DNA of 64,000 bases from positions 352,001-416,000 of the forward strand of contig CAVRFW010000009.1 of NCBI GenBank assembly GCA_963720565.1. The letters are read 5' to 3'. The translations under genes were made by a program, and so were the position numbers. A model generated the notes under the pieces. The model saw nothing but the letters and a program-made list of their open reading frames with translations. It searched no databases and was not told the DNA's origin. Numbering within the stretch: position 1 is the first letter of the stretch; each line of letters opens with the position of its first letter. This document shows positions 1 through 11,989 of this stretch, in pieces. The DNA comes from Candidatus Bathyarchaeota archaeon (lineage in GTDB: Archaea; Thermoproteota; Bathyarchaeia; Bathyarchaeales; Bathycorpusculaceae).

Positions 1-15
1 CTGAACCATTCTGAA

Positions 16-568
16 CTACAGAATGCCCTGGTCCGCTTGTTTTGTTTTTTCTCTATACAATTCTATGGCGTAGTTCACGATTTCCTTAGCTTCAGCCGCG
101 TTTTTCCACCCTTTCGTTTTGGCCCACTTGTGTGGTTCAAGTCTTTTGTATGTTTCAAAGAACTCTTGGATTTCTCTCAGCTGGTGTTCGTGCACATCGG
201 TTATGTCGTTGTAGCCTTCGAATCTTGCGTCGTTCGCGAGGACAGAGAGGATTTTTGCGTCATATCCTTCCTCATCCTCAATTATCAAAGCTCCTATAAC
301 CCTGACTTTTGCCACGGCGCCGACTTCAAGTGGTTCAAAGCTTAAAGCCATGATGTCCAATGGGTCTCCGTCGTCAAACCAAGTTTGCGGGACAAACCCA
401 TACTCAACTGGGAACACCACAGATGACGGAATTACTCTATCCAAAACCAGAGACTTCCCATTCAATGTTGTATTCGTACTTGTCTCTGGAGTTGCTCATG
501 ACCTCTATGACCATGTTGAGCAGTTCCGGAGGTTTTTCTCCTGATGGGATGTCCTTCCAAAAATTCAT
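16..568 (-). CDS. ppa: Inorganic pyrophosphatase (family I), frameshift near 450
   Basis: N-terminus MNFWKDIPSG...VIEV...KYEY from ATG 568 is in a different frame from LDRV...YGFVPQT..DDGDPLD...IQEFFETYKRLE. Confidence 0.9.
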
Positions 569-852
569 GGCCTATTTGCACCTTCGAAAGGCAAAATGCA
601 ACTCGCTGATTTAAGCTTTCTGAGAGCAGTTGTCGCGTCTAAGACTCTTTTTCAACTCGAGAAGACTCCAGGCGTTTTCCAAAATAAGATTGGATGGTGC
701 AAGGTATTTCTTAATGGAGAATTCAGGAAAAATGTGGACTTGCGAGTTTGGTTTGATTAAAATTCCATTTGGTGTAATAGTTAAAAAGCCATCGTTTGTT
801 TATAGTAGTCATTTCGCAGAGGCTAGAAGCAGGATAGGCTCGAGGCTGTTCG

Positions 853-2198
853 ATGCTAAAGACGTCGTGATTTTCTCAAGAGGAAGAAGAGAACTGATGA
901 CAGTTCAGACCAGGAGATTCCGCTTGCACGTGCTTTGGGCTTAGTTCAGACTGTTTTTCTAGGCGTTGGCACGGCAATTGGAGGTGTATTGTTCGCTGTC
1001 ATGGGCACAGCTGCGAATGCAGCTGGGCCAAGCGTTGTCATAACTTTTTTAATTGGAGCTGTCTTCGCTTTTTTCATGGGTGTCTGCTATGCTGAGCTCG
1101 GGGCATCGGTGCCTGCAGGATCAGGCGGAGCTGTGAGTTTTGCCAGGCGAGCTTTTGGAGACGGTTCACTCGCTTTCACGTGCGGGCTGGTTTAGCTGGA
1201 TTGGAAGCATAACCGACTGCGCCATTGGCTCGTTAGTTTTCGCCTTTTCAGTTCAGTACTTCTTCGATTGGGTTGAACCTTTTACTCTTGGCAACTTTAA
1301 CATTGGTGTTTTTTGCTTTGCGTAAATTTCCGAGGCACCAAGGCAATGAGTGCTATCCAGTTTGTAGTAACTGCTATTCTGGTGGTAACGCTGTTGTTAT
1401 TTATGACTGGTTCTTTGACAACGTTCGAAATCTCGAGGTTCGATCCCATGTTCCCGAACGGTTTTCTGACGACCTTGTTTATGGTGAGCTATATATTCCC
1501 AACTTATGCTGGTTATGAAACTATTACTCAGCTTTCAGAGGAAGTGAAAGACGGCTGGGAAGACGATTCCAAGGGCTCTCTTTCTCACGTTGGCTCTCAT
1601 AACGATACTTTTTACGGGCTCAGCTCTGGCTCTGGTCGGGGGGGCCCCGACTGAAGTATACGCAAATTCGACTACACCTCTGCAGGATGCAGCTGCCTAT
1701 TTCCTTGGACCTGTTGGAGGAATTGTTGTTTCGATAAGCAGCATAGTTGCGACTTTGTCGACCATAAACGGAAGCATGGCGGGCGGCACACGCATAGCTT
1801 TTGCTCTGGGTCGTAGCAGAATTGCTTCCATCGGTTTTCGACAAGGTTCACCCCAAATATCGTTCCCCTTACACTGCTCTAGCCCTTACATCCATGATTG
1901 CGGTCTTCTTCATTTGGACGCGTTCTGTCGATTTCATTGTCTACGCCATAACATTGGGTTACACGGTTTCTGCAATAATTGTGGCTTTGTCACTAATACG
2001 CTTGCGAAAGACTGAGCCTCACCTTTATCGTCCATTCAAGGTTCCATCTATATCCTCTAACGCCCATCATAGCGATCGGTTTTCTATGCTTTCTGCTTCT
2101 TGACGCTGAGTTTAGGCTCTATGGTTCTCGGTTTGGCGTTAGGTCTTGTTGGATTGGGATTATTCATGTTTTCCAAGGCGGAGAAATCGGAAAAATGA
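853..2198 (+). CDS. APC-family amino acid permease with multiple frameshifts; start approximate
   Basis: Consecutive fragments GVGTAIGGVLF..AGPS..YAELG, YAGYETITQLSEEVK, RIAFALGR, VHPKYRSPY, RPFKVP in different frames. Confidence 0.85.
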
Positions 2199-2274
2199 AT
2201 CTGTTCAAAGCACTTAGACTTGAACAAAACTTTTAAGGCATGATAGCTAAGCTTACCCACTGCGGAGATTTACT

Positions 2275-2943
2275 GTGCGCATAATTGTGATAGGTGCTGG
2301 CGACATCGGCATGTCTGTTATTCATTGCCTATCTCAAAGGGGCAATATACTTACAGTTATTGAAGAGGACGAAATGAAGTGCAAGCATATCTCTGACCAC
2401 GCTGACGCTGCAATTTTTAATGGTAGCGGCACCGATTTGAATATCTGGAACAGCATCGAAGCCGACAAAACTGATGTGCTTTTTGTATTGACTAACAATG
2501 ATACTGCAAACATCAGAGCTTGTGATATTGGGAAAAAACAGTTTGGCATTCCATTTGTAATAGCAAGAGCGCATCAGCCTGAGAACATCGAAAAAATCAA
2601 GGAAACTGGGGCTGATGAGGTAATTTGTCCTTCGTTGGAAACAAGACGCCTGTTTCTTAACCCTTTGGAAAGCCGATCGATAGAGACTCTATATGAAAAA
2701 GACGAGGCGGACTACCGGATGGTCATCGTGACTGTGCCTCCTAACGGTAGCGTTATTGGGAAAACAGTTGAGAGAATTGATCTTTCTGAGAAATGCCGAG
2801 TCGCTACAGTTTTCCGTAATGGCGGCTTTGAATTTCCAACCCGGTCTTTTGTCCTTAAGGGTGGAGATCGTGTGCTCGTTCTGGGAACAGTCAAAGATGT
2901 CGAGAAAGCCACGGAAAAACTAACAGGCGTTGAAATAACCTAG
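2275..2943 (+). CDS. trkA: TrkA-family RCK (NAD-binding plus TrkA-C) regulatory protein
   Basis: N-terminal IIVIGAGDIG, GADEVICP, C-terminal VIGK...LKGGDRVLVLG. Confidence 0.85.
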   Translation: MRIIVIGAGDIGMSVIHCLSQRGNILTVIEEDEMKCKHISDHADAAIFNGSGTDLNIWNSIEADKTDVLFVLTNNDTANIRACDIGKKQFGIPFVIARAHQPENIEKIKETGADEVICPSLETRRLFLNPLESRSIETLYEKDEADYRMVIVTVPPNGSVIGKTVERIDLSEKCRVATVFRNGGFEFPTRSFVLKGGDRVLVLGTVKDVEKATEKLTGVEIT

Positions 2944-2955
2944 GAGGTTGGCAGA

Positions 2956-3753
2956 TTGACTTTTCTGGCGAAAACCCTTTTACAGTTAAGCTTTGCATTG
3001 ATTGATATTACTGTCTTGACAGATTTTCTGCTGAAGCTTGTTTTTTTCGGTCTAATAGTGCTTGTTACCTTCGTTGTTGCCAGGGTATCTGGAATTCTCG
3101 TTTCTAAGGCTTCTGGGAAAGCCAGTCCGATCCTTGCTCGTCAAGCTCGACGGTTCACAATTTTGCTTATCTGGTTAATTGGCATCTTGGTGGGTTTGGG
3201 TCAACTTGGTCTGGATTTGACTGTTCTACTCGTCATAGTTGCAGTAGGCGGAGTGCTGCTGTTGTTTGCGGTTAGAGATATACTGTCAAATTGGGCGTCG
3301 TATGAGACTATTTCCATTTACAAACCGTTCAAGATTGGGGATTGGATTCAAATTGGCAAGTCTTTCGGAAGAGTTGTCGACATAACCTACATGGACACCG
3401 TTCTGTTGACACCCGACAACGAATCGGTCTATGTGCCAAACCGCAAGATCAGTCAAAGCACTGTAATTAACCGAACCACTCTTGGAGGAATCCGCATATC
3501 GGTGCCTCTCACTGTGAAAGCTGACCTGAACCTTTCAAAGGTTGAAGAGGCATTGATTTCGATAGGCAATGATCTACTTGAGGAATTGGCGTCTGACTCT
3601 AAGCCTGAAGTGCGTGTCCTAAACTTGAACGAAAGATATGTTAAGCTTGCTCTGCTGTTGAGGATAAACAATCCGGCAAAAGCTAAATTGCTTTCGTCAG
3701 AGGTTCGGAAAAAAGCAAAGGAGCGTTTAGATCAGTTAGGACAAGCCAGCTGA
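2956..3753 (+). CDS. mscS: Small-conductance mechanosensitive channel (MscS family)
   Basis: Three TM helices followed by KPFKIGDWIQIG...GRVVDI...TPDNESVYVPN. Confidence 0.85.
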   Translation: MTFLAKTLLQLSFALIDITVLTDFLLKLVFFGLIVLVTFVVARVSGILVSKASGKASPILARQARRFTILLIWLIGILVGLGQLGLDLTVLLVIVAVGGVLLLFAVRDILSNWASYETISIYKPFKIGDWIQIGKSFGRVVDITYMDTVLLTPDNESVYVPNRKISQSTVINRTTLGGIRISVPLTVKADLNLSKVEEALISIGNDLLEELASDSKPEVRVLNLNERYVKLALLLRINNPAKAKLLSSEVRKKAKERLDQLGQAS

Positions 3754-3809
3754 AAGGCTCCCTTTACTTAATGCGCTGTATTGGAAAAGTTGTCTGACTG
3801 TAGCATTTT

Positions 3810-4598
3810 TTATTGCGTGCTGTTGAAGAATGTTTCAAGTTTTGTTGTTTCCGCTTTCTTTAACACTTCTGCACACTTCGCTGGGTCCAACGCTTTGAAC
3901 TCGAGGCCCATTGTAACCAGCAGTCTTTGTACGTCTTTGGAGAGGCTTGGCGCTGCAAGCACACCTCGGAGTTCCCGGTTTGCTTTAGTCTTGATAGATT
4001 CTATGTACCTGGAAAGTTGGAGGACAGCTTCTTTTCCAGCGGTTTTACGTTTAACCTCAACTACCACAAGCTTTCCGTTCCTGTCAACTCCATAGACATC
4101 TACAAACCCCGGCTCGACTTTTTTCTCGTAGCTGATGGGTTTGAATCCCTCTTCCAACAGTGAAGGTTTTAGCAGAATAGCCTTGTGCATATCTACTTCG
4201 GTGGCGTGAAGCAGAAACTCTCCTGAGTCTGTGAGGCTTAAAGAGGAAAGCATCAAAATGTTGCTGAAGACAATTCTTACGCTCTCGCGGGGTTTCTGTC
4301 TGATGGCATGTATCTCCAAAGAGTCAGGTTTTGTTTGAACGTGAAATACGCTTCCTGCTGGTTGCCAGTTGACGGGTTCATAGCCGACAGGTCGATGCAC
4401 AAGCACCGAACCATCTCCTTTTATGATTAGTAACCGTTCACCCGTCTCTAGTGTCGATTGGGCTCTTCCTTTGTAGTGTACGTTGCACTCGCCTGCCACG
4501 ATTAGTGTTCTTCTTTGCACGAAGGCTTTCTCTATAATGACTGCTGCTTCTGCGAGTTTCGGGTGAAGGGCAACTGTTAGCTTGTTTTGGTTTTGCAT
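3810..4598 (-). CDS. nucS: Endonuclease NucS/EndoMS
   Basis: C.VHY.GRA.STL..GERLLIIKGDGSVLVH...PVNWQP; G.VD..G.D....VVVEVKR....AV.QL.RY. Confidence 0.92.
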   Translation of the reverse strand: MQNQNKLTVALHPKLAEAAVIIEKAFVQRRTLIVAGECNVHYKGRAQSTLETGERLLIIKGDGSVLVHRPVGYEPVNWQPAGSVFHVQTKPDSLEIHAIRQKPRESVRIVFSNILMLSSLSLTDSGEFLLHATEVDMHKAILLKPSLLEEGFKPISYEKKVEPGFVDVYGVDRNGKLVVVEVKRKTAGKEAVLQLSRYIESIKTKANRELRGVLAAPSLSKDVQRLLVTMGLEFKALDPAKCAEVLKKAETTKLETFFNSTQ

Positions 4599-4662
4599 TT
4601 TCGTTTTCAGCCAAGTATTTTAGATGGTTCCATTGTAGATAAGATTTCTGAAGGTTCAACCG

Positions 4663-5223
4663 GTGAACAAGTGGGACCAGAAGCGAAGGGTGATGCGACG
4701 CTACGATGTTACTTCCAGATCGTATGACTCGCAATACAGCGAGGAGCAGTACGCAAAATACAACATGGCTCTGGAAAATGCGGTAATACCCTCGGGTAGC
4801 ATTGTTTTAGATGCTGGATGCGGTACAGGTCTCCTTTTCAGTCGAATTGCCCCTATTGCCAAAACAGTCGTAGGAATGGATCTTTCTCATGAACTGCTAC
4901 TGAGAGCGAAGGAAAAGACCAGTAAACTCGGCAATGTACACTTGGTAAAGGCCGATGCTGACTGTCTGCCGTTTAGAAATAGCTGTTTCGACTTGGTTTT
5001 TGCCTTCACAATGCTCCAGAACATGCCGAGACCATTGGACACGCTGAAAGCGTTTGGAAAGACAGCGAAGGAGGAGGCAACGATTATTGTAACGGGTTTG
5101 AAGAAGCACTTTTCAATGGAAGCTTTTGCCAATTTGTTGAAGAACGCTGGTTTCAACATGGTTTCCATTATAACTGATGATGCTTTGAAATGTTACGTAG
5201 CTATTGTTAAGCAAAACTGCTGA
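4663..5223 (+). CDS. Class I SAM-dependent methyltransferase
   Basis: VLDAGCGTG motif I; ADADCLPF...FDLV. Confidence 0.85.
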   Translation: MNKWDQKRRVMRRYDVTSRSYDSQYSEEQYAKYNMALENAVIPSGSIVLDAGCGTGLLFSRIAPIAKTVVGMDLSHELLLRAKEKTSKLGNVHLVKADADCLPFRNSCFDLVFAFTMLQNMPRPLDTLKAFGKTAKEEATIIVTGLKKHFSMEAFANLLKNAGFNMVSIITDDALKCYVAIVKQNC

Positions 5224-5372
5224 ACTTGTTTTAGGCTGAATCTATGGATCGATGCCATGGTTTTTCCAAGCAATATTTATATCGAAAGCGTTGTATTGAA
5301 ACATTCTATAAGCCTATTGAGCGTTGGACATTCTGTGTCGACGCGTAAACAATCTCTTGGTGGTGGGATGAA

Positions 5373-6308
5373 ATGCCGTTAAAAACCGTGAAGAAAGACA
5401 CGGCAGATGCGTTAACTCTTGAGTGGATTCTACACGTAAAGAACTACAAGTTGTCTCTTGACAAAAAAAAGTGTGCAGGTTGCCAAATATGCAGTTTAGC
5501 CTGTCCTAAAGAAGCAATTAAAGTTGAAAAACAGCCTAAAGTTAAGGGTGAAAAGGCAAAGAAAGCCAAGGTCGATATTGACCTTGCGAAATGCAATTTC
5601 TGCGGAATATGTGACGTAACATGTCCATACGGCGCCATTACCCTCACGCTAAACGGCAGCCACGACCTCGCAGTGCTTTCCAAAGAAAGCTATCCTCAAC
5701 TGGTCCGCGACATAAAAGTTGACACTCGCCACTGCCCCAAGGAATGCGACACATGCAAAGACGTTTGTCCTCTAGGCTTGATTTCAGTCACAAAGGTAGG
5801 TTTTGACGGAAAACCAGTTGAAAACTTCGAATCCTTAACCCAGAGTCAGAAGGAGCGCGTCCAAATCAGCCTATCAATAAAGAAAGAGAATTGTCCAACA
5901 TGCAGAGTCTGCGAGTTCAAATGCGCGCCTGGTGTTATCAAAGTGCGCAAGTTCATTGAAGGCAAAATCGCTATTGACCAGGCGAAGTGTCCTGAAGGAT
6001 GCACAGATTGCCTGGATGTCTGCCCGATAACAGGCGCGCTTCACCTTGACGATGGAAAAAAGGTTAATGTAAATGAGTTGTTCTGCGACTATTGTGGCGC
6101 CTGCAAAGTCGTTTGCCCGGTCGATGATGCGCTGACGCTTAAGCGAACGGCGGTTCTCCACACTCCTATTCATTCCGGCACATGGAACAAGGCACTAGAA
6201 CGCCTGACGTCACCTGCAGACGCGGTTAAAGAGTTGAAGGCGAAGGGCACCAATAAACTGAGACAGACAGTGCGAAAGCGGTTTGTTTTCGAGGAGGTTA
6301 TAGAATGA
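5373..6308 (+). CDS. Polyferredoxin (FwdF/MvhB-like, about six 4Fe-4S motifs)
   Basis: Repeated CxxCxxCxxxCP motifs. Confidence 0.85.
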   Translation: MPLKTVKKDTADALTLEWILHVKNYKLSLDKKKCAGCQICSLACPKEAIKVEKQPKVKGEKAKKAKVDIDLAKCNFCGICDVTCPYGAITLTLNGSHDLAVLSKESYPQLVRDIKVDTRHCPKECDTCKDVCPLGLISVTKVGFDGKPVENFESLTQSQKERVQISLSIKKENCPTCRVCEFKCAPGVIKVRKFIEGKIAIDQAKCPEGCTDCLDVCPITGALHLDDGKKVNVNELFCDYCGACKVVCPVDDALTLKRTAVLHTPIHSGTWNKALERLTSPADAVKELKAKGTNKLRQTVRKRFVFEEVIE

Positions 6309-8756
6309 GTAAGCCAGAAGAAGTTAAGAAGCCTGAAAGAGAAGAGTTGCGCATAGGCGTTTTCGTTTGTCACTGTGGTCTAAACATAGCTGGAACAGTA
6401 GATATTAAGCAAGTTGTCGAGTACGCCAAGACAATACCTGATGTTGTGTACGTTAAAGAAAACCGTTACACTTGTGCTGATCCTGGGCAAGAGGAAATCC
6501 GAAAAGGCATCAAAGAAAACAAACTAAATCGTGTTATTGTAGCGGCATGCTCACCTAGGATGCACGAGCCCACGTTCCGCAGGACGGTTTCCGAGGCTGG
6601 GTTGAACCCGTTCCTCTATGAGATGGCTAACATCCGAGAATTCAGTTCATGGTGTCACCCTAACGCTCCGCAGGAGGCGACTGAGCGAGCGAAAGATGCG
6701 GTACGCATGGCCGTGGCTAAGGCGCGATTGATGATGCCTCTGCAGACTATAGAGGTTCCAGTTACCAACAAAGCCCTGGTAGATAGGCGGCGGAATAGCT
6801 GGAATGAACGCTGCCTTGGATCTCGCTGAAATGGGTTTCAAAGTCTACATGCTTGAAAACACCGAAAGCATAGGCGGACACATGGCCGCGTTGGACAAGA
6901 CTTTCCCAACACTCGACTGCAGCATCTGCATCGAAGGACCAAAAATGGTTGACTGTGGACGACACCCAAACATTCAGATATTCGCAAATTCTGAACTCGT
7001 CAAAGTAGACGGTTACATCGGCAACTTTAAGGTGAAGATACGCAAGAACCCGAGATACGTGAAGGCTGAAAATTGCACCGGCTGCGGCGAATGCAAAGAT
7101 GCTTGCCCAATCGAGTTCCCGAACGAGTGGGACATGAACCTGGGCACGAGGAAAGCTATATCGGTGCCGTTTGATCAGGCGGTACCCCTGATTTATACGC
7201 TTAACAAAGATTACTGCATTGAATGCTTCAAGTGTGTAGACGTGTGCGGTGCTAGAAAAGCGATAGATTTTGACCAGAAACCCGAAGAAGTCGACATAGA
7301 AGTCGGTGCAATAATTGTTTCCACGGGCTTCGACGTTTACATGCCCTATGACATGCCACTATTGGGTTATGGCAAGTATCCCAACGTTATTACCAGTATG
7401 GAGTTTGAGCGTCTAATTCTCGCGGCGGGTCCGACAGGAGGCAAAGTGATCAGACAATCGGACGGCAAAAAGCCGCACACAGTAGCTTTCATACAATGTG
7501 TCGGTTCCCGTGATAAAAACAAGTATCCATACTGCAGCAACTTCTGCTGTATGTACACGCTCAAACATGTTGTTCAGCTGAAAGAGAAGTACAAGGAAGA
7601 TGTTGAAGTCTACGTTTTCTACATGGATATTCGCAGTCCGGGCAAAGGTTACGAAGAATTTTATGACCGTGCACGCGAGAAAGGCGCAAACTTCATCCAC
7701 GGCCGCGTTAGTCGCATCGACGAAGACCCTAAGACTCATAATCTGATAATTCACTCAGAAGACCAAACCTTAGGTCAGCCCATAGAGATTGAGGCTGAAA
7801 TGGTCGTGCTAGCGACTGCGTCGATACCCAAGAAGGGTTCAGACGAGATTGCACGCATCCTAAACCTTTCCCGTGGCGCCGACGGCTTTTTCATGGAGAG
7901 TCATCCCAAACTCAAGCCGATGGATGCACCCACGGACGGCGTTTTCTATGCTGGAGCCTGCCAAGGCCTTAAAGATATCCCGTTCAGCGTTTCCCAAGGC
8001 AGTGGAGCAGCTGCACGAGCGGCAACGGTAATCTCGAAGCCGAAATGGAAGATCGAGCCAATAATCTCGGTAGTGGACGAAACGCGGTGCAGAAACGTAA
8101 CCGCCAAGTGCGGGATATGCGAAGACAAGTGTCCCTACGGCGCAATAAAAATCGAACCCAACAAGGCCGCACAGATAATCACAGCCAGCTGCCACGGATG
8201 CGGAACATGCGTGGCTGAATGTCCGCAAGACGCACTTACACAGATGCACTTCACCGATGCACAGATACTGGCTCAGATACGCGCCGCCCTGGAAAAGGAT
8301 CCTGAAGACAAAATCTTGGCTATCCTCTGCAACTGGTGTAGCTACGCAGGCGCCGACTTGGCCGGCACTAGCCGATTTGAATATCCCGCCAGCGTCCGCG
8401 CGATACGGGTAATGTGCTCAGGAAGAGTGGATCGTGATTTCATACTTGAAGCCTTGAGACTCGGAGCTGGAATGGTGCTTATAGGCGCTTGTCACTTGCC
8501 TTACGATTGCCATTACATAAGCGGAAACTACAAGATGAAAGCCCGCACGGATGCGTTGAAAGGTATGCTGGAGAAACTCGGGATGAGTCCGCAAAGGTTC
8601 AGAGTCGAATACGTTTCAGCTGCTGAAGGCATACGCTACGCGGAAGTTATCAAGGAAATAGATGCCGACATGCGCGCGCTGGGCAAGGAAAAAATCAAAG
8701 CGGAAAACGCAAAGCTTCGACCGATAATCGACAACATGCTGAAGAGAAAGAAATAG
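6305..8756 (+). CDS. hdrA: HdrA-like flavoprotein fused to a C-terminal MvhD domain; frameshift near 6780
   Basis: [25 protein letters not shown], broken (I)GGGIAG FAD motif, QCVGSRD..YCS..CCMY; C-terminal [13 protein letters not shown]...RVMCSGRVD...CH...CHY is MvhD-like. Confidence 0.92.
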
Positions 8757-8954
8757 ACGACCAGATCGTCTACCTTAGTCTTTTTTCCTTCTTGTTTTTC
8801 CTATCCCAAAGAAACTCAAAAGCAATGCAGCTTTAGTGTATAATAGCCGACCAGAGTATGGTTTTTGCCTTCATTTTCAATTAGCTTTGGTGTGTCAGTT
8901 GCAGAACGAACAGTTTAAGTTGGGATATCTAAACTTAGCTTACGAGGGACGAGA

Positions 8955-9755
8955 GTGTTGAAGGAACTTGTTTTCGTCGGTTTGGGTTTGCATGATGAGA
9001 AAGGAATAAGTCTTAAGGGTATAGAGGAAACCAAGACGGCGGATCAAGTTTTCATGGAGCTCTACACAAATTTGATGTCTGGCTTTTCAACAAAAAACTT
9101 CGCTGAAATCACAGGCAGGCAAGTTTGTATCCTAACGAGGCATGACCTTGAAGAAGAAAATGGAAAGCTCGTTCTGGATGCTGCAGACAATGGCAAAGCA
9201 GTTTTCCTCGTTCCCGGTGATCCATTTATTGCCACTACGCATGTGGCTTTGCGTATTGAAGCTGAAAAGCGTGGAATCAAAACTCGCATTGTTCACGGTT
9301 CGAGCATTATTTCTGCCGTTATGGGCTTATCGGGTTTGCATAATTACAAGTTTGGAAAAACCGTTACTATTCCTTTCGCGGAAAACTTTTCGGAAACGCC
9401 CTACAGAGTCATCGCTCAAAACATGACGCTTGGGCTTCATACGCTCTGTCTTCTGGACATAGCGGCCGACCAGGAAAGGTTTCTTTGTATCAATGAAGCT
9501 CTGAGTATGCTCTTAGAGGTTGAGAAGAAGAATAAACTTGGGATTGCCACTCTAGAGTCACTTGCCGTAGGAATTGCACGGGCTGGAAGCGATACGCCAC
9601 TTCTCAGGGCAGGTTCGATAAAACAGGTTATGGCCTTTGATTTTGGAGGCCCTCCTCAGAGTCTGATTCTTCCTGGTAAACTACATTTTATGGAAGCGGA
9701 AGCGTTGATAGCGTTTGCGAAGGCGCCGGTAGCCCTGCGGAGTGCTGTCAGATGA
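8955..9755 (+). CDS. dph5: Diphthine synthase
   Basis: FVGLGL.DEKGISLKG, PGDPFIATTH, YKFGKTVTIP, LHTLCLLDI, LHFMEAEAL. Confidence 0.93.
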   Translation: MLKELVFVGLGLHDEKGISLKGIEETKTADQVFMELYTNLMSGFSTKNFAEITGRQVCILTRHDLEEENGKLVLDAADNGKAVFLVPGDPFIATTHVALRIEAEKRGIKTRIVHGSSIISAVMGLSGLHNYKFGKTVTIPFAENFSETPYRVIAQNMTLGLHTLCLLDIAADQERFLCINEALSMLLEVEKKNKLGIATLESLAVGIARAGSDTPLLRAGSIKQVMAFDFGGPPQSLILPGKLHFMEAEALIAFAKAPVALRSAVR

Positions 9756-10033
9756 ATGCTGAGGAGTTAACATCCAAGTATATTGTTTCGGCGGAGAAAG
9801 TTCTAGAGGACATGCGACAGTCCAACGCCTCAGTTACTGTGGACGAAAAATGTGCAACCGATCTCATAAGTTATGCCAAAGCATATTTGGAAGACGCAAA
9901 GTATTATAAGGCTCAGAAAAAGTTTGAGACAAGTCTAGTTTCAATCGCTTACTGCGAAGGTCTCTTGGATGCGTTGAGACTAATAGGCGCGGTGAAATTC
10001 GAATGGCCCACAAATGCAGAAGCAAAAAGATAG
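9752..10033 (+). CDS. DUF357-family protein
   Basis: AKAYLEDAKYY.....SLVSIAYCEGLLDALRLIG; typical dph5 neighbour. Confidence 0.8.
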   Translation: MNAEELTSKYIVSAEKVLEDMRQSNASVTVDEKCATDLISYAKAYLEDAKYYKAQKKFETSLVSIAYCEGLLDALRLIGAVKFEWPTNAEAKR

Positions 10034-10464
10034 TATTAGCTTCAGGCGTTTTCGACCTGCTCCATTTGGGACACGTGAGGTTTTTGGAGGAAGCTAAACG
10101 TCAAGGTGGAAAAGATGCTGAACTTCTGGTGGTTATTGCAAGAGATAATACAGTCGAGAAGATGAAGGGCAGAAAACCTGTAATGTCTGAGGATCAACGT
10201 CGTGCTCTTGTGGAATCCTTGAAGGTTGTCGATGAAGCTGTGCTTGGCTTCGAGGATTTCGACATCGGTGATGTAATCGAAAAGATTAAGCCGGATGTGA
10301 TAGCTTTGGGGTATGATCAGACAAGCATGGAGCAGCAGGTGCGAGAATACGTTAACACACACAACCTGGACATAAGAGTTCTTGGCATTAGGAAATTCGA
10401 AGAAGACGCCCTGCATAGTTCGTCAAAAATACGGCAGAAAATTGTTGCAGACTTCGAAAGGTGA
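10003..10464 (+). CDS. ribL: Archaeal FAD synthase (cytidyltransferase-like); start uncertain
   Basis: GVFDLLHLGH, VVIARD, KPDVIALGYDQ, SSSKIR. Confidence 0.85.
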   Translation: MAHKCRSKKIVLASGVFDLLHLGHVRFLEEAKRQGGKDAELLVVIARDNTVEKMKGRKPVMSEDQRRALVESLKVVDEAVLGFEDFDIGDVIEKIKPDVIALGYDQTSMEQQVREYVNTHNLDIRVLGIRKFEEDALHSSSKIRQKIVADFER

Positions 10465-10470
10465 TTTGCC

Positions 10471-11076
10471 ATGGGTAACAGCGAAAAATTCAGGATAACG
10501 TACATTTTGATCGCGGTTAACATTGCATTCTACGTTTACACTTCAGTTGTTGGTGGAGATTTCGTGGAAACTAGTAACAGCATGATTGGGCAATACGGTC
10601 AGAATACGTTCCTAGTTTTTCGTGGCGAATACTACAGGCTTATTTCGTCGATGTTTGTGCATGCTAGCATCGCGCATCTTGCAGGCAACATGCTTTTTCT
10701 CCTTGTTTTCGGATTAAGGGCAGAAGAAATGTTTTCGCTACCCGAGTACTTGCTGGTGTATTTTCTGGGAGGATTAGCTGGGAACCTGGTTTCGCTGTGG
10801 CTTCTGCCTTCCTCCTTTTCGGTTGGTGCTTCCGGAGCCATTTTTGGCATGTTCGGCGCAGTTACGGTTTTTGCAAGGCGTAGCGTTAACCAGTCCATAA
10901 TCGGGGCGTTGATATACGGTTTCTTTTTGCTTTTCATTAGTTCGGGACAAGGCGTGAACGTTTTTGCCCATTTAGGTGGCTTAGTTTGCGGCTTGATAAT
11001 CGGATATTTGTTGGCGACAAGGCGAAAACCAGAGAATAGGTATTCGTTCCAATACTCTTATTCGGCATTTCCATAA
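10471..11076 (+). CDS. Rhomboid intramembrane serine protease
   Basis: HLAGNM, GASGAIFG, AHLGG. Confidence 0.9.
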   Translation: MGNSEKFRITYILIAVNIAFYVYTSVVGGDFVETSNSMIGQYGQNTFLVFRGEYYRLISSMFVHASIAHLAGNMLFLLVFGLRAEEMFSLPEYLLVYFLGGLAGNLVSLWLLPSSFSVGASGAIFGMFGAVTVFARRSVNQSIIGALIYGFFLLFISSGQGVNVFAHLGGLVCGLIIGYLLATRRKPENRYSFQYSYSAFP

Positions 11077-11079
11077 GTT

Positions 11080-11775
11080 TCAGGGAGTAGTGAAGACTTC
11101 CACCTTCACTTTGTTGCCGTCTTTGAGGTTGAGGTGTTTTCTGAGGCATACGGGAGCAATTATCTCAACGACGGAGACGTCATAGTGACTTCGTAATGCT
11201 GTAATCAAAGCGCCTTTAACCTTATTTTCAATTATGGCAGGATAGCATTTGACCAATCCGAAAGTTCGATCCTCATTCTTGAAGCCCTGGATCTCGACAG
11301 CAGGGTACGCTTCAAGCTCTGATCTAGTCTTGAGGTCGTAGTCTGTTGTGAGTTTGAGGTTAAGGGTGCCAGGGTAAGGGTCAAAACCCAACCTTTCAAT
11401 AAACTGCTTAAGGTAGTAGTCTTTTGAAATGTAGTAGGCTCCTTCGCCTAAACCTGTGAAAACCGTTCCTTCAAGCGTCACAGAGCGTGGATAAGCTCCT
11501 TCGATCAGGATTCGCAGGTTTGAATACAGCTTCTGCAGTTGCGCCGCACCTGCATCTTCAATTTTTATTAGGCTTCCTTCCGGACTGATGTTTCTCTTAA
11601 TCCATCCAATGCGCTCAAGCTCGATGAGGTAGCGTGATGCCGTCTGCTGTGATGTCCCCATTCTCTCAGCTAGGTATTCTGTTGAGATTTTGGCTGTTCG
11701 CTTATGAGCCCCCATTTCTGCCAGCTGAAGAAGTGTTTGAAGGTGCCTCCACTCGTTCCTTTCAGTCAAATGCAT
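11080..11775 (-). CDS. ribK: CTP-dependent riboflavin kinase with N-terminal HTH
   Basis: SQQTASR HTH; GLGEGAYY, GFDPYPGTLNL, EIIAP..LR..L.LKDG. Confidence 0.9.
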   Translation of the reverse strand: MHLTERNEWRHLQTLLQLAEMGAHKRTAKISTEYLAERMGTSQQTASRYLIELERIGWIKRNISPEGSLIKIEDAGAAQLQKLYSNLRILIEGAYPRSVTLEGTVFTGLGEGAYYISKDYYLKQFIERLGFDPYPGTLNLKLTTDYDLKTRSELEAYPAVEIQGFKNEDRTFGLVKCYPAIIENKVKGALITALRSHYDVSVVEIIAPVCLRKHLNLKDGNKVKVEVFTTP

Positions 11776-11989
11776 AGTTCTCCAGTTGCGACAACAAGTA
11801 GATGTCAAGGTTGCTATTTAAGCGACTCGAATCGCATTCACAAGAGACTTCTGCCGATAATGTTCCTTGCTATTTGTTTGTTTGGGTGAGAATTTTGGGG
11901 TAGCAGGTCTATGTAGTCCAAGGAAGACTTGGCTGTTTTTCGCATAAGAAATATAAGTTGCCTCGTTAATGAAAAACGAGTGAACTGAA

